The notes under the pieces were generated by a model. The model was not told the DNA's origin. It searched no databases and saw only the letters and a list, made by a program, of their open reading frames with translations. From the IMG/VR virus record IMGVR_UViG_3300010430_000018, positions 18,421 through 82,420 of that record: a DNA stretch of 64,000 nucleotides, one strand, 5' to 3'. This stretch comes from a virus. A program made the position numbers and the translations under genes. Shown in pieces: positions 19,055 to 28,799 of this stretch (its first letter is position 1; the number at the start of each line of letters is the position of its first letter).

Positions 19055-19300
19055 ATGGGAGCATCAAAGAAAAAAATATCTTTTCCTATGAAGGATCAAA
19101 GATATGTTAGAGAAACAACTAATAGTTATTATAATCCAACTTCTGTAACTCAAGCTATTCAACAAAAAAAGAATAGAAAGGCAGTAGAAGCAAAGATTAA
19201 AATGGCTAAAAAAACAAATTTAAATCCACCACAAAAGTCTACTAGAGCTAAAGAACCTGTTCAGTCAGCTGCTTTTAAGAATGGATATAGAAATAGTTAA
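19055..19300 (+). CDS. Small basic protein
   Basis: 81-aa K/R-rich ORF within the operon. Confidence 0.6.
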   Translation: MGASKKKISFPMKDQRYVRETTNSYYNPTSVTQAIQQKKNRKAVEAKIKMAKKTNLNPPQKSTRAKEPVQSAAFKNGYRNS

Positions 19301-19305
19301 AAATT

Positions 19306-19650
19306 ATGGCACAATTAACAGCCCAACAGATATCACAATCTGGTTTAGAACCAACGTATGTCACACCCGCAGTGGGTGGTGATCAATTGGCTAATACAGG
19401 AAAAGAATTTTTTCATGTACAAAATAATGGTGCAGTTGCAATGACTGCAACTTTAGTACCTTATGTTACTACCTATGAAGATCCTTCATTAGGTAAATTA
19501 GTTAAAGAAAATGCGGTTTTAAATTTAGCAGCAGGTGAAGAAGGTTTTTTGGGGCCGTTTGAAATTGCTGCCTTCAGTAGTACTGACGGTAATATAACAA
19601 TAACATGCTCAGCTCAAACAAGTATATTGGTTGCAGCTTTGTATTTATAA
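19306..19650 (+). CDS. Putative small virion structural protein
   Basis: 114 aa, beta-rich, with motifs GDQLANTGKEF and GPF. Confidence 0.55.
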   Translation: MAQLTAQQISQSGLEPTYVTPAVGGDQLANTGKEFFHVQNNGAVAMTATLVPYVTTYEDPSLGKLVKENAVLNLAAGEEGFLGPFEIAAFSSTDGNITITCSAQTSILVAALYL

Positions 19651-19661
19651 ATAATTGAATC

Positions 19662-22600
19662 ATGAGTGTATATACACAAGAAGTCTTAGGGCTATTAAAA
19701 AGAAATAAAAAGAAGACCACACTTGATAAAATCAAGGATCATTTTGAGTTTGGTAAGCTATACCGAAATAGCTCCTTAAATACAGGGGCCGTTTATAATC
19801 CAACTATGGAACCATTTGTTATTAAATGGGGAGACTTCAAATGTGCTACAGAAGAAGGTATGGTAAGACAAGATCCTACCGGCACTGAAGAACGTTACAT
19901 TACTATGTGGACAGACCCTGTCTTTCAAGGTGAATGTAGCACTGCAACTATTACTAAAACAATTATATCACAAAATGCAGCAGCAAATGAAATTAATATT
20001 GCTGGTGATTTAGATGTAGATAATAACCTAAATGTTGATGGTAATGCAGTAGTTGATCTACAGTTAACAGCTGGTTCAGCAAATATATTAGACCTTACAG
20101 ATAACCGTATAGTTATAGTAGGGCCCAATGGTGAACTTGAAGATGATGCAAATTTTACTTTTGATGGTACAGAATTTAATATTGGTCAAGGCAACTTTAC
20201 TGTTCAGGTAGGTACAGGTAATACTCAAATTATTGGTACTTTAGATGTTGATAGTCAAGCAACACTTGCTAGCGCTAACGTTGAAGATCTTACTGATAAT
20301 AGAATTGTAATAGTAGGTGTTAATGGTGAGTTAGAAGATGATGCTAACTTTACAATGGATGGTACAACTTTTACAGCAAATGTAGATGTAGTACATGGTA
20401 CTGATGTAGCAGGAGTTCCAGCTACGACAACAGCTATAAACTCTAATCTTAAGTTAGAAGGTCCAGTATATGATTCACAAGGAAACATTGCACAATTATC
20501 TCAGGTATTAGTAGGGCTTGCTGATGGTAGAGTAATATGGTCAAATGATGATGTTGTTGAAGCATTGACATATGGATCATTATGGCAAGGTAATTCAAAT
20601 AATTTAAAACAAGAATTAGCAATTGGTACAGTTAATCAGATTCTTATATCTGACGGAACTACATTTTCATGGCAAGATGACCCATATGTAGATGGTAGTG
20701 GTACACTATATAGATTACCTTTATGGACTCCTGACGGAGATTCATTAGGAGACTCTCTTTTAATACAAGATGGAGATGTAAGTACTCCAGCTACCCAAGT
20801 GCAAAATGATGGTATACTAAAGAATGTTGGTATAGTTAAATTAGACAGTGTTGCACAAGATGATACACTTACTCAAGTACTTGTTAGAGATCCAGGCAGT
20901 GCAAATGAAGTAAAATTTAGAGACGCAGCATCAATCAAACCACAAGTTGGCTTTGATACATTAGACATGTTACCTGATGGGTGGGCATCTACTGATGGTA
21001 ACTATAATGCATATGTAAAGCTTGATGACACAACAACTGCAGTCAAAAATATTAAAGATATGGATTGGCTTGTTGATGGAGATAGAGTTGTAGTAATTGC
21101 AGAGAATACTAAAACCGGTACATTATTAGCTGATAACGTTATTCAGTTCCCATCATGGCAGTATCCAGGTCCAGGTAGAGCAGTCTCTAATTTTAGTTCA
21201 TGGAATCAAGCAAGTATAGGTGTTGGGTGGACGGGTGCTGTTAATAATGGATATCAGACCTCATCTATTTTATTTGGTGAAAAAATTAAATTTAAAGCAG
21301 AGATGTATGCTGTACCAGGTTCTCTAAATAATCAACTAAACTGGGATGCATGTTGCAAGATATATTCTAATAATACATGTCCTACAGGTTCAAATGGTTC
21401 AACCACTATTAATGAAGATACATCATTTAGCGGATCATTTAATGGTATTGATGATGGTTATGGTGGATATGGATTAACATATTCAATTGTAGCCGCTCCT
21501 TCAAATGGTACGGCAACCCTTACTGACCCTAGCACAGGAGCTTTTACATATACACCCAATGCTAATTACTTTGGTACAGATGTTATTAAATGGGAAGTTA
21601 CAGATGGGTATTGTACTAGTAATCAATATACTTTTACAATTACAATTAATGCTGTAGACGATGCTCCAGTATGGACATCTACTGATCCTGTAACTGCAAA
21701 TACATATCCAACCCTAACAGGTGGTGATACATGGACTTATAATTGGACAGTAGCTGATGCAGACACTCCATGTGCAAGTTTAACTTTCCCATCTCAAACT
21801 ATACCAAGCTGGTTAACGTTTACTAATAATGGAGACTGTACCGGAACACTCTCTGGAACTTTTCCTAATACTGGTGGTACATTTTCAGTTCAACTAAATG
21901 TTAGTGATGGAACAAGTACTGCTTCACAGTCTTTTGAAATTGGAGGGTTAGCAGTAGATAATGATACATACTTTGTGAATTGGTTTGATGGTTCTGGATC
22001 AATGGATGATACAGGTAGAATTCTTTCACAACTTTCTAGTACAGCTACTGTGATAGCTAAATCTAATGGAAGTGGTACTGGAACACCTAACTTAACACTT
22101 GAAGCTGGTGTTGCAAATGATGTAGGCATGTATGTAGATGATCCATCAGGAGATGCATTTAATGGTTATGAACTTCTTGTAGTTGGTATGACTGTTTCTG
22201 GTACTGGTATACCTGCAGGAACAACAATAACAAACGTATCAGCAGGTTCACCTTCGGTAACCTTAAGTAATAATCATACAACTGGTGCTAATGCTGTAAT
22301 TACTTTTGCTAGAACAGCCGCACAAAAAACTACTGACTATAATGATGTAAGTACATTTAGAAACTTACTTCAAGATTTTTATGCTACAGGAGGAACTGAA
22401 AGCAGTGGCAATACAGATTCAGCTACAAATGGTGCTGACAGATATGATACTCACGTAAAATTTGGATGGGATCAATATCCTACTGAAGGTAATGGAGAAA
22501 GACAAATACAATATCTGGCCAACTTAGGTAACCCAATTAACACAGCTGCAGGACAGCTTTTTGAAAGTGCTTCTACAGTTGTAATAATGGCATGGGGTGA

Positions 22601-23036
22601 TGAATCAGATAACTGGTATTACTCAAATACTGGAACTGGAACTTTATTTACTGATCCTACTTCAAGTTTTGGTTTAAGAGTTGCTAATGATGTAGCAGAA
22701 GTACAACAATTTATAACAACGTCAGAAACTAATGCTGGTAGTAATCAAATTTATAGAGGTATTTGGTTTAGTGTTGCTAATAATACCCCTTATAGACAGA
22801 TTGGTGAAGGATTACAAAATGGTATAAGTCCTAACTCACAATTTACAGGCACTTGGACTGATGCTGATTTATTAACAGCTCAATCATCCGGTTCTCCTAC
22901 AAGAATACAATATGCAGGACAGACAGGAGACACAAACTATCCAACCGGTATTACTGCAAATAATACTACAGCAGGGTATTATAGAGGCGTAGTACTTGCC
23001 AAATTACAAGATAGTGGATTTACAACTTTAACCTAA
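19662..23036 (+). CDS. Large fibre/adhesin with Ig/cadherin-like domains and a C-terminal vWA-like domain
   Basis: INEDT...PSNGT...FTYTPNANYFGTD...VNDAP-type (Big_9), PSWLTF...GTLSGT (He_PIG-like) and FDGSGSM (MIDAS-like). Confidence 0.75.
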   Translation: MSVYTQEVLGLLKRNKKKTTLDKIKDHFEFGKLYRNSSLNTGAVYNPTMEPFVIKWGDFKCATEEGMVRQDPTGTEERYITMWTDPVFQGECSTATITKTIISQNAAANEINIAGDLDVDNNLNVDGNAVVDLQLTAGSANILDLTDNRIVIVGPNGELEDDANFTFDGTEFNIGQGNFTVQVGTGNTQIIGTLDVDSQATLASANVEDLTDNRIVIVGVNGELEDDANFTMDGTTFTANVDVVHGTDVAGVPATTTAINSNLKLEGPVYDSQGNIAQLSQVLVGLADGRVIWSNDDVVEALTYGSLWQGNSNNLKQELAIGTVNQILISDGTTFSWQDDPYVDGSGTLYRLPLWTPDGDSLGDSLLIQDGDVSTPATQVQNDGILKNVGIVKLDSVAQDDTLTQVLVRDPGSANEVKFRDAASIKPQVGFDTLDMLPDGWASTDGNYNAYVKLDDTTTAVKNIKDMDWLVDGDRVVVIAENTKTGTLLADNVIQFPSWQYPGPGRAVSNFSSWNQASIGVGWTGAVNNGYQTSSILFGEKIKFKAEMYAVPGSLNNQLNWDACCKIYSNNTCPTGSNGSTTINEDTSFSGSFNGIDDGYGGYGLTYSIVAAPSNGTATLTDPSTGAFTYTPNANYFGTDVIKWEVTDGYCTSNQYTFTITINAVDDAPVWTSTDPVTANTYPTLTGGDTWTYNWTVADADTPCASLTFPSQTIPSWLTFTNNGDCTGTLSGTFPNTGGTFSVQLNVSDGTSTASQSFEIGGLAVDNDTYFVNWFDGSGSMDDTGRILSQLSSTATVIAKSNGSGTGTPNLTLEAGVANDVGMYVDDPSGDAFNGYELLVVGMTVSGTGIPAGTTITNVSAGSPSVTLSNNHTTGANAVITFARTAAQKTTDYNDVSTFRNLLQDFYATGGTESSGNTDSATNGADRYDTHVKFGWDQYPTEGNGERQIQYLANLGNPINTAAGQLFESASTVVIMAWGDESDNWYYSNTGTGTLFTDPTSSFGLRVANDVAEVQQFITTSETNAGSNQIYRGIWFSVANNTPYRQIGEGLQNGISPNSQFTGTWTDADLLTAQSSGSPTRIQYAGQTGDTNYPTGITANNTTAGYYRGVVLAKLQDSGFTTLT
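20076..20366 (+). repeat. Two 32-codon internal repeats in the fibre gene
   Basis: SANILDLTDNRIVIVGPNGELEDDANFTFDGT (20076-20171) and SANVEDLTDNRIVIVGVNGELEDDANFTMDGT (20271-20366). Confidence 0.85.
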
Positions 23037-23042
23037 AAATAA

Positions 23043-23063
23043 AGGGCACTGTAATGGTGCCCT
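23043..23063 (-). terminator. Terminator at the convergence of the + and - blocks
   Basis: AGGGCAC-7 nt-GTGCCCT followed by a T-tract on the minus strand. Confidence 0.7.
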
Positions 23064-23202
23064 ATAACTTAGCAAATAAAGAAATAAATTCATAGACTTG
23101 ATAGCTCATTAAACGTTCATTTGTTTTATCATCATACCAAGTATTATTTTTTTTTGTAACGGAATTACCTGTTACGTGACTTCTATATATTTTATTTCTC
23201 AT
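23062..23202 (-). CDS. Hypothetical protein (46 aa)
   Basis: MRNKIYRSHVTGNSVTKKNNTWYDD...; its start overlaps the end of the upstream gene. Confidence 0.45.
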   Translation of the reverse strand: MRNKIYRSHVTGNSVTKKNNTWYDDKTNERLMSYQVYEFISLFAKL

Positions 23203-23476
23203 TTTCTAGTTCTTTTTCTAAGCATGCGAGTGCACGCCATGCTACTTTAGCCGTATGACGAATTCCGTCATCATCTATAGTGCCAGCATCAATTAAATGT
23301 CTAGCGAGTGCATCATAATCATCTTTTGATTTATTACGATCCCAATGTAATGGTTTATCAGGATGATGCTGTTTGTTTCCTTGTAAAGAAACTCTTGCTA
23401 TTTCCATAATTGCTTTAGGAAAATACTTTATAACACCAGTAAAGACCGGTCTTTCTTTTCTATCTTTTGCGTTCAT
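23192..23476 (-). CDS. dATP/dGTP diphosphohydrolase-like (DUF5664-type) protein
   Basis: P.AI.EIARVS..G..., DALARHL, D.DG..H.AKVAWRALA; likely start MNAKDRK. Confidence 0.7.
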   Translation of the reverse strand: MNAKDRKERPVFTGVIKYFPKAIMEIARVSLQGNKQHHPDKPLHWDRNKSKDDYDALARHLIDAGTIDDDGIRHTAKVAWRALACLEKELENEK

Positions 23477-23644
23477 TATTAATTCTTTTTTAAAGGGAGA
23501 AATTAAAGGAGAAGGGGAATAAGAATGCAAAAACTTATCCCCCTGTTGGTTTACATCTCCCGGACTAAAACTTGTCCATGTTGTTATTATGAGTTATGTA
23601 AAAACAAAATATAATTCCAAAAATGATAAGGAACCAAATCATAG

Positions 23645-24544
23645 TTACCTTCCCATAAATATATCTTGAACTAGTCTTTTTTCTGTTACATCCTCATCTA
23701 TTTCTATAGCCCAGTCTGTATCAGTATTATCAATATCTAATTCACTATTATCATTATTTAGTTCATATGCTTTTAAATTATTAGGATTCAATACCCTATT
23801 ATTTAAACATTCAGCTGTCATAAAATCATGAAAGTTCTGTTGGTCATTTAACCAATCCCGTGGGTGAGCTTTCTTTAATGAGTGTGTAACATGATTATAA
23901 AAGGCCCAAGCGCTTGCATTAATTTCTGTTTCACCATAATCAAATGATGGTTTATCCATCTCTTTTTTAAGACATGTCATTTGCTGTGTATCAAGCATAT
24001 CCTCCTCAATAAAAAGTCTTCCTGCAAGTTCTGACTGTTGCTGACAATTTAATTTTATTGACTTAAACATATCTTTGTCTGTTATTAACCTCTTGTAATA
24101 CTTCTCACCATTTTTAATTTGGCTAGCAATTTGGTTTCTAACGTCCATATCTGCTGATCCAGTATGTTTTCTTTTAAAATTATACATATCTCCAGCTACC
24201 ATCCCATTAGAACAAACTTTTACATAAGCTCCAATAGAACATTGAAATCTTGTACTTTTATCATATGAATTAGTCCAAGTAAACATCATACCTAATTCTG
24301 ATTCACTATTTACAGCGTCATCAGTTGAGTTAGGTATTATATAATATATGCCACGGGCAACGTTAGCATTCATATTACATGTATATAATTGTTCTGTAAC
24401 AGTAAATCCACTATTCTCAAGTAGATTTAAAGTGTTGTCTATCACTGTTTTATGTGATATTACTGTATAGCTCTTACCATGATTAGGTAAGGGCGCATTT
24501 TCTAGATAAGATCTAGTTGTATCAATTGGTTTTTTATATCCCAT
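23645..24544 (-). CDS. DUF932/DUF945-like protein
   Basis: Y..ISH, NSYDKS, VCSNGM, KHT and W.FYN.VT motifs. Confidence 0.75.
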   Translation of the reverse strand: MGYKKPIDTTRSYLENAPLPNHGKSYTVISHKTVIDNTLNLLENSGFTVTEQLYTCNMNANVARGIYYIIPNSTDDAVNSESELGMMFTWTNSYDKSTRFQCSIGAYVKVCSNGMVAGDMYNFKRKHTGSADMDVRNQIASQIKNGEKYYKRLITDKDMFKSIKLNCQQQSELAGRLFIEEDMLDTQQMTCLKKEMDKPSFDYGETEINASAWAFYNHVTHSLKKAHPRDWLNDQQNFHDFMTAECLNNRVLNPNNLKAYELNNDNSELDIDNTDTDWAIEIDEDVTEKRLVQDIFMGR

Positions 24545-24595
24545 AGTTTTAAACTTTTAAAGTGTAAATATAGTTAATTAATCTGACTCAACAAA

Positions 24596-24931
24596 TTAAT
24601 ATCCTTTTTCTTTTAGAAATTTTTTGACACAGTCTGGACAAGGTTTGACATTTTTCTTTACCCATATTAGATAGTTCAAGGGTATATTCTTAGGTTTTTT
24701 ACCCTTGTACTTGCCAAAACTTAATGTAGGCCTTCTATCAGGCTTTATCATTCTTGTATTTCCATCTTGATTCCAAGACATTCTAAATGTAAATTGTTTA
24801 TTATTGTGTGTGACTGTAGTTTTATCTTTTATAGATTTATTAACTTTAGTAATTGGTATTTTAAAGTATTCTGAGGCCAGTTTTTTAGATTCAAACTGTT
24901 GTCTACTCTTCCATTCTATTATAGATATCAT
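24596..24931 (-). CDS. NUMOD1-like HTH plus DUF3820-like FGKYKG domain
   Basis: FES.KLASEYF and LSFGKYKG...IP.NYL.W; start probably MISII. Confidence 0.55.
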   Translation of the reverse strand: MISIIEWKSRQQFESKKLASEYFKIPITKVNKSIKDKTTVTHNNKQFTFRMSWNQDGNTRMIKPDRRPTLSFGKYKGKKPKNIPLNYLIWVKKNVKPCPDCVKKFLKEKGY

Positions 24932-25211
24932 ATAATTGGTATTTAGTAAAGAGTTCATCTCCTTTTTCAATAAATTTTAATGTAGTAAGACGTATAACAT
25001 TTCCTACAACTATTAACTGTACATTAGGTTTATTATTATGATTTATAAATCCACCTAATGGAGTTCTAATATAATTATTCTCAAAATTTTCATCATAGAC
25101 ATGTGTTATCCCAAGCTCAATACCTTTAACAATATCTTGTTTAGCAAACAACCCCAAGCCATGAATAGGAGAGTCTTTTATAGTTAGACTCTCCGGTAAT
25201 GGTTTATACAT
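24903..25211 (-). CDS. Minimal SET-domain lysine methyltransferase
   Basis: S.IHGLGLFA...I.KG, FINH...PN and I..GDEL...Y. Confidence 0.88.
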   Translation of the reverse strand: MYKPLPESLTIKDSPIHGLGLFAKQDIVKGIELGITHVYDENFENNYIRTPLGGFINHNNKPNVQLIVVGNVIRLTTLKFIEKGDELFTKYQLYDIYNRMEE

Positions 25212-25212
25212 A

Positions 25213-27204
25213 TTAAAATAATTTTAACTGATTATTGTTGACGGTGATAATACTATTTATCTCAGACTCTATAGCTTGCATATAATAAGACTTATTAATT
25301 TTATAGTTTTCCCATTTAGGTTCTACCTCCATCTTATTAAATATAGTTTGTAACCACTGGCCTGATTCTAATTGTATTTCTCTACCATCATTTTTATTTA
25401 CTTTAATTACTTTTTTACCTGCAGTAGATATAAAATATCTATTTATCTTTTGTAATTCATCTTCTACAAAAGAACCATCTTTTAAATATCTTGCTACTTG
25501 TTTCCAATCTCCTTTTGATTTTCCACCAATACAGTAATCTAAGATGTTTTTATTTTTATCTAAATAATCTTCTGGTAATACATCATGTACAAAGTAATAG
25601 TAAATTGCTTTAGGTATAACTAACTTTGATTTATTCTTGTGTAATTGTAAATTATAAAAATCAAAACGTCCCTTTAGCTTTACAGGAGCAAAACTAAATT
25701 TGTCTTTGTCTACCTTATATAAATAATGTGGTTGACTTTGTTTTAGCTCTCTCCATTTAGTAATATCTACCTCTACAAAATTGTTTACACCAATGTAATT
25801 ATTTACATCAGCAAGTACAAGTTTTTGATATTCATCATGTTCAAGATTGAGATTCGTCTTATCCTCCCATTCTTTACATATTTCCATATATAAATCAATG
25901 TGCTCTCTAGGTATTATTGTTTCAACACCATCTGTATTTTGTAATAAAGCAACAGCACCTGGAATTCTTTCCATTATCTGTTCATATAACATCATAAGAG
26001 TCAACTGACCATTAATAGTTATACGTAAACAAAGCTCAGGATCATAGAAAAAGCTATTAATATCATTGCTAAGACCAAAAGTAGAGTTAAGTATAATCTT
26101 ATATACATAATTCATTGGATTGCTCTTAGGGATCTTCTTACGCTCTTCAAAGAACCATTCATACTGATTACAAAATTCTTCTTTGGGAAAGTGGCCAGGT
26201 GACCATTTATTTTTAATAGCTAGATTAGGATAAAAACTAGTAACATCAGATGATAGTATCACAAGATCTTCAGAGCTTTCATATATACCTTTCTTTGCTG
26301 CACCGTGTGCACCACCTAAACCAAAATGTGTTTTAACACCTTTATAATCTATTTTATATTTAAAACTACCTTTAAGATTGCTAGCATTAACTTCTAATGC
26401 ATTAAATCTAGCATGTAGAGACTTAAATTCATCTGACGTAAACGATACACAAGGTAAAATTATATCTGATACTTTTATTGTATCTCTATGTGTTCTCATT
26501 TTCCTTAAATCTCTTTTAGGAATATTAAGATTTTGAGATAGATAGTAACCAAATATTTCTTTACTAATTCTTGGCTCAGAGGCACTAAACATATTTATAT
26601 TATATGTCATTGTAAGCTCTTTTCTAAGCCCTATTTGTGATTTAGATCTATTATATATCTCTTTAGTTGATCTAACATCATTGATACAGTACTCAAGAAT
26701 AGTATTAATCTGTTCTTGTGTAGTTATCTCTGTCTCATGATGAATAGGCATATCAAGAATGTTTTCCCAATCCATACTATACTGTATCCATTTAAGACTA
26801 GAGCGTTTAGCCGGGTTGTCCCAATGATGCAATTTAAAAACATCTATTTGACCAATCTTCATTTTCCATTGTGGATAATCACTAAATTCTTTTTTATTAG
26901 ATTTTTGAATACAAAGTTGAGCATATCTATAAATAACATTAGCAACCTCACAACCACTGAGATCTGACCAATCTTGATGATTATCTATTATATAGTGAGT
27001 GACTTGACCATCAAAGGCCAATCCGTTATAGGATATATGCCACTCTTTGTTATTAATATTATCTTCTAAAAAAGATATGAAATCATTTATATCATTACGC
27101 AGGTCATGTATAACAAAGACTTTAGTTTCCGTAGTCTTATAATGTTCAAATACCCCTGTAAAACAATTCTTTAATGTTTCATAATCCATTACCCAATGTC
27201 TCAT
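25213..27204 (-). CDS. Family B DNA polymerase with 3'-5' exonuclease
   Basis: DYET, YN...FD, YC.NDV, DVTSFYP, KIILNS.FG and NTDG. Confidence 0.92.
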   Translation of the reverse strand: MRHWVMDYETLKNCFTGVFEHYKTTETKVFVIHDLRNDINDFISFLEDNINNKEWHISYNGLAFDGQVTHYIIDNHQDWSDLSGCEVANVIYRYAQLCIQKSNKKEFSDYPQWKMKIGQIDVFKLHHWDNPAKRSSLKWIQYSMDWENILDMPIHHETEITTQEQINTILEYCINDVRSTKEIYNRSKSQIGLRKELTMTYNINMFSASEPRISKEIFGYYLSQNLNIPKRDLRKMRTHRDTIKVSDIILPCVSFTSDEFKSLHARFNALEVNASNLKGSFKYKIDYKGVKTHFGLGGAHGAAKKGIYESSEDLVILSSDVTSFYPNLAIKNKWSPGHFPKEEFCNQYEWFFEERKKIPKSNPMNYVYKIILNSTFGLSNDINSFFYDPELCLRITINGQLTLMMLYEQIMERIPGAVALLQNTDGVETIIPREHIDLYMEICKEWEDKTNLNLEHDEYQKLVLADVNNYIGVNNFVEVDITKWRELKQSQPHYLYKVDKDKFSFAPVKLKGRFDFYNLQLHKNKSKLVIPKAIYYYFVHDVLPEDYLDKNKNILDYCIGGKSKGDWKQVARYLKDGSFVEDELQKINRYFISTAGKKVIKVNKNDGREIQLESGQWLQTIFNKMEVEPKWENYKINKSYYMQAIESEINSIITVNNNQLKLF

Positions 27205-27219
27205 ACTTTCATAACTTAT

Positions 27220-27429
27220 TTATTTAATAATTTCTACTTCAGCCCATGCTACTAAATGTACTACTTCATTATCACTATTAGTACAATAACTATACATTCC
27301 ATCTACATGGCTAAAATTTAACACTTCTTGCTCTTCAATATTTTGAGCAGCGGGAGGTGTTTTAATATCTCCTAATACTCTGATTTTACTATTTCTAGGT
27401 ACATCGTATAATTTCATATTACTTATCAT
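27220..27429 (-). CDS. Hypothetical protein
   Basis: ORF track, 69 aa. Confidence 0.55.
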   Translation of the reverse strand: MISNMKLYDVPRNSKIRVLGDIKTPPAAQNIEEQEVLNFSHVDGMYSYCTNSDNEVVHLVAWAEVEIIK

Positions 27430-27736
27430 TCAAAAGATTTTCATTATTATAATTCTCAATTGCTGTAACTTTTGCATCACTTAAAAGATCCATGATACAA
27501 TCATAAATACTTTCTACAGCCTTTAATTGATCAGGATCTAAAGATTTATTAATCTCTTTATCATATCTTTCAACAGCATTAATTACTTGTTTAACTCTGT
27601 ATTTAGCTTTATGTTTATGAAGAAATTGCAAACCATGTGCAGTTTCTGACATGCATTTATTTAATGCAAATAATATATTTACTTCTAATGATTCCTCAGC
27701 AGTTAATTCAGTCATATTATTGTTTATTAGTGCCAA
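27419..27736 (-). CDS. Hypothetical protein
   Basis: ORF track, 105 aa. Confidence 0.55.
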   Translation of the reverse strand: MALINNNMTELTAEESLEVNILFALNKCMSETAHGLQFLHKHKAKYRVKQVINAVERYDKEINKSLDPDQLKAVESIYDCIMDLLSDAKVTAIENYNNENLLNDK

Positions 27737-27738
27737 AA

Positions 27739-27760
27739 AAAGCCCAAATCAATGGGCTTT
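27739..27760. terminator. Bidirectional intrinsic terminator
   Basis: AAAGCCCA-6 nt-TGGGCTTT flanked by A and T tracts. Confidence 0.7.
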
Positions 27761-27791
27761 CTTTTTTAAGTCAATAGAGTCAACCAATGAA

Positions 27792-28211
27792 CTATTGACC
27801 AGGTAGTATAATATTAGATTTTTTAGTTTCTTTTAAATCAACATTTAAGAATGAACTATAATCAAATTGTTCTGCATTTACTGCAAACATATTAATAAAT
27901 AATTCAATATCATTTTTATCTTGTAAATAAAATTCTGAAAAAGTATCAACAAGTCTTCTTTCTTCTTTATGGGTTTTACCGGTTTGTTGATTTGGAGCTT
28001 TTAATCTTACAGGTTGACCTGTATCATCTAGTTTTGGTACCATGTGGTATGATTGTTTCATAACCTTACTGATAACTGCTAATACGCCTGATGATGGGTC
28101 AAACATAGCTTCTACATATGGTGAGTCAATACTCACTGGAATAAGTGTAAATGATTTTGCATTTCTGAATGCTGAATTTACCAGCATCATATTTTGTCCT
28201 ATTTGTGTCAT
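27792..28211 (-). CDS. Hypothetical protein
   Basis: 139-aa ORF; TATCTTTG upstream at 28232-28239. Confidence 0.65.
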   Translation of the reverse strand: MTQIGQNMMLVNSAFRNAKSFTLIPVSIDSPYVEAMFDPSSGVLAVISKVMKQSYHMVPKLDDTGQPVRLKAPNQQTGKTHKEERRLVDTFSEFYLQDKNDIELFINMFAVNAEQFDYSSFLNVDLKETKKSNIILPGQ

Positions 28212-28222
28212 TGGTTTAATTT

Positions 28223-28798
28223 TTATTTAGCCAAAGATATGGAACTTTTTTTTAATAATTGAAAGATTATTTGACTATTATCTATTAAAGTTTCTTTTTC
28301 TAAGTCTGGTGGATCACATACTTCGTATGTGTTTTCTATTAATTCCACATCTACCCCTAACTCATCAGCATATTCTTCATGTGCTGTGTCTGGAGATAAA
28401 AATCCTTTTACGTATGATGAAATCTTTTCTTGTGATCCAAAGAAATCAACTATATTAATTTTACTATTTAATGATAGTTTAGAATATGAACCTTTAATAA
28501 AATGCTCAAAGTCATATCTCAATGATTTATAATCAAATATAAATAAATGTCTATTATCATTTAACTCAATATAATCTTCAAACATTGTGTGATTTTGAAG
28601 ATAATTAAAAGAAAACTTTCTAAATTCAGGGGTCATTTTTGTTTTATATTCACACATGAATTTATTATCATCAAGAGCAAAAACATTATCCCATGCAATA
28701 TAAGTTTGCACGGGAACATGTGTTACGCCTTTCCTAATCTTTAATAAAGGATATAAAAAGACTTTGCTCTTTTGAAAATAATCTGTATAGACCCCCAT
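28223..28798 (-). CDS. Hypothetical protein
   Basis: 191-aa ORF within the replication operon. Confidence 0.65.
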   Translation of the reverse strand: MGVYTDYFQKSKVFLYPLLKIRKGVTHVPVQTYIAWDNVFALDDNKFMCEYKTKMTPEFRKFSFNYLQNHTMFEDYIELNDNRHLFIFDYKSLRYDFEHFIKGSYSKLSLNSKINIVDFFGSQEKISSYVKGFLSPDTAHEEYADELGVDVELIENTYEVCDPPDLEKETLIDNSQIIFQLLKKSSISLAK

Positions 28799-28799
28799 A

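Noticed and set aside
20076-20366. DGR template/variable repeat pair
   Set aside because: The differences are synonymous at all bases, not adenine-specific; both copies are coding, and no RT is present.
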